Source: an uncultured delta proteobacterium
GTDB lineage: Bacteria; Myxococcota; UBA727; VGSZ01
DNA: 64,000 bases
Assembly: GCA_963775425.1 (NCBI GenBank)
Contig: CAVZJB010000013.1
Coordinates: forward strand, 64,001 to 128,000
Direction of reading: 5' to 3'
Notes under the pieces: model-generated
What the model was told of the DNA's origin: nothing
The model's input: the letters and a program-made list of their open reading frames with translations, nothing else
Databases searched by the model: none
Program-made: the position numbers and the translations under genes
Part shown: one piece after another, positions 59,459 to 64,000 of the stretch
Layout: each line of letters opens with the position of its first letter
How positions within the stretch are numbered: position 1 is the first letter of the stretch

Positions 59459-60568
59459 GTGCGCTGGGGATCCCTGCTTCTGCTGCCGCTGTGTGCGTGC
59501 GTGCTCACCTGTGCGTCGCCGCCGCCGCCGCGGCCTCCCCCGCACAAGCCCGCGCCCAAAAAGCCCGAGCCGCCGCCGCCGCCGCCGCGGCCCGAGACGC
59601 CCGTCACCTGGGACGACGTGCCCGACTACTACGGGAGCAAGTGCCCGGGGCCCTTCTTCGAGCTGAAGGAGCCGAAGACCGTCGAGGTCGGCAAGCGCAC
59701 CTTCACCATCCTCGGCAGCACATTGAGGCTCGAGGGTGGGCCGTGGAAGGGCCCGCTCAAGATCGGCGTGCTCGGCGCGGTGAAGGACCCCGACTACGAC
59801 ACGCGCGTGAACATCAAGAAGGCCATGCGCATGTTCAAGCGCTACGGCGTGCAGTTCGTCGTCGTGAACGGCGACCTCGTCGGCGACGAGGCCGGCGACC
59901 TCGCCAAGGTGGTCAGGATGCTCGGCGAGGAGATCCCGCTGCCCATCTTCGCGCACTCCGGGAACTACGAGTGGACCACCGCCTTCACCGAGACCCTCGC
60001 CGAAGAGGCCAAGACCCACCCGCAACTGTTCAACATGAACATCCTGCGCCACGTCGACTTCGGCGGCGTGCACCTCTTCTCGCTGCCCGGTTGGTCCAAC
60101 CGCCAGTTCGTGAAGGCGGCCGCCTGCTACTACGGCACCAAGGACGTCGACGCGCTCGAGGAGCAGATCCGTCCGATCGCCGAGCGCGGCGACGTCGTCA
60201 TCATCACCGCGCACGGGCCGCCGCGCGGGCGCGGCCGGCAGTCCATCGACTTCGCCTTCGACGCCGGCAACGTCGGCGACGAGGACCTCCAGCGCCTCAT
60301 CAAGGACGTCCCCGTCCACTTCGGCCTCTTCTCCCACATCCTCGAGGCCGGCGGCCGCGCCACCAGCGACGTGGTCCGCCAGCCCCCCATCCGGATGCCC
60401 ATGCGGCGGCCGCAGCGCTCGCTCTACCTGAACGCCGGCTCCGCCTCGTCCTTCTCCTGGCGCATGCTCAACCGGAGGACCTCGCGGGGCATGGCCGCCA
60501 TCTTCGTCCTCGACGACATCAAGCACGGCGGGCGCGCCCGGGTGACCTTCCTGAAGCTGCGCCGGTGA
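59459..60568 (+). CDS. Lipoprotein, calcineurin-like metallophosphoesterase fold with degenerate motifs
   Basis: VLTC lipobox, Pro-rich linker; GAVKD, NGDL, GNYE, AHGPP, SHILE, LNAGS. Confidence 0.75.
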   Translation: MRWGSLLLLPLCACVLTCASPPPPRPPPHKPAPKKPEPPPPPPRPETPVTWDDVPDYYGSKCPGPFFELKEPKTVEVGKRTFTILGSTLRLEGGPWKGPLKIGVLGAVKDPDYDTRVNIKKAMRMFKRYGVQFVVVNGDLVGDEAGDLAKVVRMLGEEIPLPIFAHSGNYEWTTAFTETLAEEAKTHPQLFNMNILRHVDFGGVHLFSLPGWSNRQFVKAAACYYGTKDVDALEEQIRPIAERGDVVIITAHGPPRGRGRQSIDFAFDAGNVGDEDLQRLIKDVPVHFGLFSHILEAGGRATSDVVRQPPIRMPMRRPQRSLYLNAGSASSFSWRMLNRRTSRGMAAIFVLDDIKHGGRARVTFLKLRR

Positions 60569-60643
60569 CGCCGTGCCTCGTGCGGGCCGTCGTGATCCGG
60601 CCGAGCATGAAAGCCGCGCCCCCGCCCGTTATGCTGCCGCTCG

Positions 60644-61486
60644 ATGCCCTCCCGCCGAACCGTCCTGGCCGGGCTCGCCGGCTCCCTCGTCGCCGCCCGC
60701 GCCGCGCGCGCCCAGGATCGGGAGCGGCAGACGTGGGGCTTCGACCTCGACGAGGTGGAGCTCTTCGTCAAGGACCTGGACCCGGCCCACGAGGGGCTGC
60801 GCATCGGGCAACTCTCGGACATCCACATCGGCGCCAACACCCCCGACGGCCGCGTCATCGCCGCCGTAGACGCGTTGAACGCGGCCAAGCCGGACCTCGT
60901 CGTCCTCACCGGCGACTACGTCACGCACAAGGGCGACCCGCTCGAGAAGGTCCCGGAGCTGCTGCACCGGCTCGAGGGTGACGTCGTCGCCGTGCTCGGC
61001 AACCACGACCACTGGACCGACGCCAAGACCATCAAGCGCGACCTCGAGCGCTGCGGCTTCTGCGTCCTGCAGAACGAAAACACCTCGCTGCGCGTGCGCG
61101 GCCGTCCGTTCCAGGTGCTCGGCGTCGACGACGCCGTCACCGGCCACGACGACGTCACCGCCACGTGGAAGGGCAGCGCCGCGGGCTCGCGCCTGGTGCT
61201 CGCGCACGCGCCGCCCACCGTCGACAAGCTGCCGCGCGAAGCCGGCGTCGCCTGCCTGTCGGGCCACACCCACGGCGGGCAGATCTGGCTCGGCCCCGTC
61301 ACCGCGGGCCTCTTCGCCCGCGTCGGCCAGCCCTACGTGCGCGGCCTCTACCACGTCCACGGAAACGCGCTGTACGTGAGCCGCGGCCTCGGCTTCGGCC
61401 GCGGCTCGCCGCTCATGCGCGTGGGCAGTGAGCCCGAGGTCACCGTCTTCACCCTGCGCGCCGCGGGCGTTCACCGCAGCGTCTGA
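60644..61486 (+). CDS. Tat-exported metallophosphoesterase (YkuE/YaeI-like)
   Basis: SRRTVL twin-Arg; SDIH, TGDY, GNHD, LAH, GHTHGGQ, VSRGLG. Confidence 0.92.
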   Translation: MPSRRTVLAGLAGSLVAARAARAQDRERQTWGFDLDEVELFVKDLDPAHEGLRIGQLSDIHIGANTPDGRVIAAVDALNAAKPDLVVLTGDYVTHKGDPLEKVPELLHRLEGDVVAVLGNHDHWTDAKTIKRDLERCGFCVLQNENTSLRVRGRPFQVLGVDDAVTGHDDVTATWKGSAAGSRLVLAHAPPTVDKLPREAGVACLSGHTHGGQIWLGPVTAGLFARVGQPYVRGLYHVHGNALYVSRGLGFGRGSPLMRVGSEPEVTVFTLRAAGVHRSV

Positions 61487-61563
61487 GCGCAGACGAGCCG
61501 CTCGCCCGGCCTCGATCGATCCGCGCGGAATGCGGCGCGGCGTCCGCACGCTACCATCCCGCC

Positions 61564-62082
61564 ATGCGTCTGCTTGCCCTCCTCGGCCTGCTCCTCCCCT
61601 GCGTCGCGTGCGACCAGTTCGCCAAGGTGCTCGCCGTCGATCACCTGCGCGGCGCCGGCGAGGTGCGCGTCGTCGACGGGCTCTTCCGCCTGATCTACGC
61701 CGAGAACCCCGGCGCGTTCCTCGGCCTCGGCCGCGGGCTCCCCGAGGGCTGGCGCGTGGCGCTCTTCGTCGCGGGCGCGTCCCTGATGCTCCTCGCGGCG
61801 GCGGTGGTGGTGGTGCGCAAGAGGCTGGCGCTGCCCCTGTTCGTCGGCGTGGCGCTCCTGGTCGCCGGCGGCGTCGGCAACATCGTCGATCGCGTGTCGC
61901 GCCCCGGCGGCCGCGTCGTCGACTTCGCCCAGCTCGGCGTGCCCACGCCCTGGGGCCCGCTGCAGACCGGCATCTTCAACGTCGCCGACCTGCAGATCGT
62001 GGCCGGCGCCGCCGCCGTGGTGTGGTTCGCCCGCAAGAAGAAGAACCCCGCGGCGGCCCCGCTCGTATCCGATCCGGAGTGA
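61564..62082 (+). CDS. lspA: Lipoprotein signal peptidase II
   Basis: DQ..K, NPGAFLG, GNIVDR, VVDF, FNVAD. Confidence 0.93.
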   Translation: MRLLALLGLLLPCVACDQFAKVLAVDHLRGAGEVRVVDGLFRLIYAENPGAFLGLGRGLPEGWRVALFVAGASLMLLAAAVVVVRKRLALPLFVGVALLVAGGVGNIVDRVSRPGGRVVDFAQLGVPTPWGPLQTGIFNVADLQIVAGAAAVVWFARKKKNPAAAPLVSDPE

Positions 62083-62230
62083 GCCGCCCGCCGCCGCGGC
62101 GGACCCGGTCGTCCGGTCGCTGATCCGTGCGCGCTGCACTGTGTGATCCGGCGCGCATCACGGCGCGCGCGAAGCTCGCGTACCCCCTGCGATTCCGCTG
62201 GCCGCTCACACACAACCGAGGTCACCCACC

Positions 62231-63697
62231 ATGCTGCGTCTGCACGCCGTGTCATCTCTCGTTTTGCTCGCCGCGCTCACCGCGTGCGGCGCGCCGGCCT
62301 CCCAGTCCCGCCGGCCGACGGCGCCGCCCCCGGCCGTCGACGACAACAACAACAACGACAACAACAACAACAACGACAACAACAACGACAACAACGACAC
62401 GCCCGTCACCGGGCCGCGCCGGATCACCGTGCAGCTTCAAAACGTCGCGCCGTGGACCGTCGCCAAGTCCGGCGTGATCGACACGCCCGTCGGCGCCACC
62501 GCCGCGGGACCGCTGCGCAGCGGTGAGGCGTACGAGGTCACGTTCACCGCGGGCAAGAGTCAGCGCGTGAGCTTCGCCATGATGTTCGGCGCGTCCAACG
62601 ACTGGTTCTACGGCTCGCCGGAGGGCGGCATCGCCCTGTACGACAACAACGGCGTGCCCCTCACGCAGGACGTGACCCCGAACGTTCGGCTCTACGACGC
62701 GGGCACCGAGATCGACGAGGAGCCCGGCGTCGGGGCGTCCACCGGGCCGCGGCAGCCCTCGCCCGACGACGGCGCCGCAGATCCGGTGAGCATCGTCCGC
62801 GCCGTGTCGAACCCGGTCCAGCTCACGGACGGGACGATGTTCACGCTGCCCGCCGTGAGCGCCGTCCTCCACGTCACCATCACCCCCGTGGGCGACCGCG
62901 CCTTCAAGCTGCGCGTCGAGAACGTGTCGCCCGCCGGCGCGCTCTCGACGACCGAAGGCCCGAAGGACATCGCGCTGTCCCCCGGCGTCTGGGTGGTGCA
63001 CGGCGCCGGCGACCCGCTGTTCACGACGGGCGAGCCGGACCGCGGCGAGGGCCTCGAGCTGATCGCCGAGTCGGGCCGCGTGCAGATGCTCGCGAGCGGG
63101 CTGGCGGAGAAGTCCGGCGTGGCGACGCCGTTTTCGCCCGGCGCGTACGTGGTGCACCAGTCCGGCGAGCCGCTGTTCAGCGTCGGCCAGCCCGACCGCG
63201 GCCTCGGCCTCGAGCAGCTCGCCGAGTCGGGCAACGTGAGCGTGCTCGACGACTCGCTCGGCACGGTGTTCCCCGAGGGCGCCTCGCTCAAGGCGGTGTT
63301 CAACACCGTCGACGGCGCCGACGGCCCCGGCCCGCTGCGCCCCGGCCAGACCTACTCGTTCTCCTTCGTCGCGAGCCCCGGCGACCGCCTCTCGTTCGCC
63401 TCGATGTTCGGCGCGTCCAACGACTGGATCGTGGGCACGCCCGCGGACGGCATCCCGCTCTTCGATGAAAACGGCGTCGCGCTCGAGGGCGACCACACCG
63501 CGGAGCTGAGCTTCTACGACGTCGGCACCGAGATCAACGAGGAGCCCGGCGTCGGCGCGCACACCGGCCCGAACCAGACCTCGCCCGACGACGGCCCCGC
63601 CGACCCCGACGACCTGGTCCGCGTGGTGAGCACGTCGGACTACCCGCTGCCGGTGGCGGCGCACCTCGCGCTCTCCATCACCGCCGAAGCGCTCTGA
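62231..63697 (+). CDS. Lipoprotein with duplicated spondin_N-like domains
   Basis: LTAC lipobox; twice SFA.MFGASNDW...YD.GTEI.EEPG.G; twice SPG..VVH....PLF..G.PDRG.GLE..AESG. Confidence 0.85.
   Translation: MLRLHAVSSLVLLAALTACGAPASQSRRPTAPPPAVDDNNNNDNNNNNDNNNDNNDTPVTGPRRITVQLQNVAPWTVAKSGVIDTPVGATAAGPLRSGEAYEVTFTAGKSQRVSFAMMFGASNDWFYGSPEGGIALYDNNGVPLTQDVTPNVRLYDAGTEIDEEPGVGASTGPRQPSPDDGAADPVSIVRAVSNPVQLTDGTMFTLPAVSAVLHVTITPVGDRAFKLRVENVSPAGALSTTEGPKDIALSPGVWVVHGAGDPLFTTGEPDRGEGLELIAESGRVQMLASGLAEKSGVATPFSPGAYVVHQSGEPLFSVGQPDRGLGLEQLAESGNVSVLDDSLGTVFPEGASLKAVFNTVDGADGPGPLRPGQTYSFSFVASPGDRLSFASMFGASNDWIVGTPADGIPLFDENGVALEGDHTAELSFYDVGTEINEEPGVGAHTGPNQTSPDDGPADPDDLVRVVSTSDYPLPVAAHLALSITAEAL
62339..62398 (+). 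repeat. (AAC/GAC)20 microsatellite encoding an Asn/Asp linker
   Basis: DDNNNNDNNNNNDNNNDNND. Confidence 0.95.
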
Positions 63698-63717
63698 CCG
63701 TCGCGGCCCGACGGGCG

Positions 63718-63754
63718 CGCGCCCCCCTTTCGCCGCCGGCGCAAGGGGGGCGCG
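63718..63754 (+). terminator. Stem-loop after the spondin gene (no U-tract)
   Basis: CGCGCCCCCCTT ... AAGGGGGGCGCG 12-bp stem. Confidence 0.5.
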
Positions 63755-63795
63755 GCCGCGTTGGCACCGGCGGTTCCTGCGGCTATGGGCGCGGC

Positions 63796-64000
63796 ATGCC
63801 CTCGTGGACCCTGCCGCTCGTCGGACCCGGGCTCGCCGTCGACCTGTCGCGGCCGCGCGATCTGTCGGTGCGCGTCACGCCGGCCGTCGCGGGGGTGGCG
63901 CCCGCGGGCCGCGCGTTCGGCCTGCCCGCCGCCAGGGCCCGCGCCGTCGAGGTCGGCGGCTTCGTCGGCGACGTCCGCCGCGGCGGCTCGTGCAACTGCG
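63796..64000 (+). CDS. Probable cyclase-family (KynB-like) metal hydrolase, 5' part only
   Basis: Translated by hand: MPSWTLP...VDLSRPRDLS...AFG.P......GFVGDVRRGGSCNC; runs off the window. Confidence 0.55.
   Translation, partial: MPSWTLPLVGPGLAVDLSRPRDLSVRVTPAVAGVAPAGRAFGLPAARARAVEVGGFVGDVRRGGSCNC

Overview
Very GC-rich (roughly 70-75% by eye), gene-dense bacterial chromosome segment. The gene content suggests a Myxococcota-like organism (inference): FHA-sigma54 activator, AgmX/PglI-type domain, many Cys-rich lipoproteins and a (GE)n linker. About 60 protein genes are supported. Housekeeping genes include valS, rpiA, recX, xseA, lspA, plsC, a split biotin carboxylase/BCCP, an ECF sigma/anti-sigma pair, MscS, an M61 peptidase, a desaturase and a penicillin-acylase-family enzyme. 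An SRP (4.5S) RNA gene is also present. No rRNA, tRNA, CRISPR array, transposase or integrase was recognised. Most notable observations: (1) a SycD/LcrH-like TPR gene translationally coupled to a frameshifted RNase II/R (RNB) gene with a disordered, repeat-containing N-terminus, a candidate chaperone-effector pair; (2) a signal-peptide-less double-HKD phospholipase D/nuclease with internal helix-hairpin-helix domains behind a sigma28-like promoter; (3) a general-stress island (CsbD, two DUF883-like genes, YtxH) around a sensor-less sigma54 activator, with back-to-back TGGCAC-N5-CTGCA promoters; (4) a fimU-pilV-pilW-pilX minor pilin cassette without pilY1, with a 650-aa PilX and a His/Gly/Cys tail on PilW, flanked by a methyltransferase remnant and a duplication; (5) lipoproteins with domains best known from animals (APCDD1-like, spondin_N, NBR1-FW, pacifastin/VWC-like). 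All family calls come from motif recognition by eye; no database search was run.
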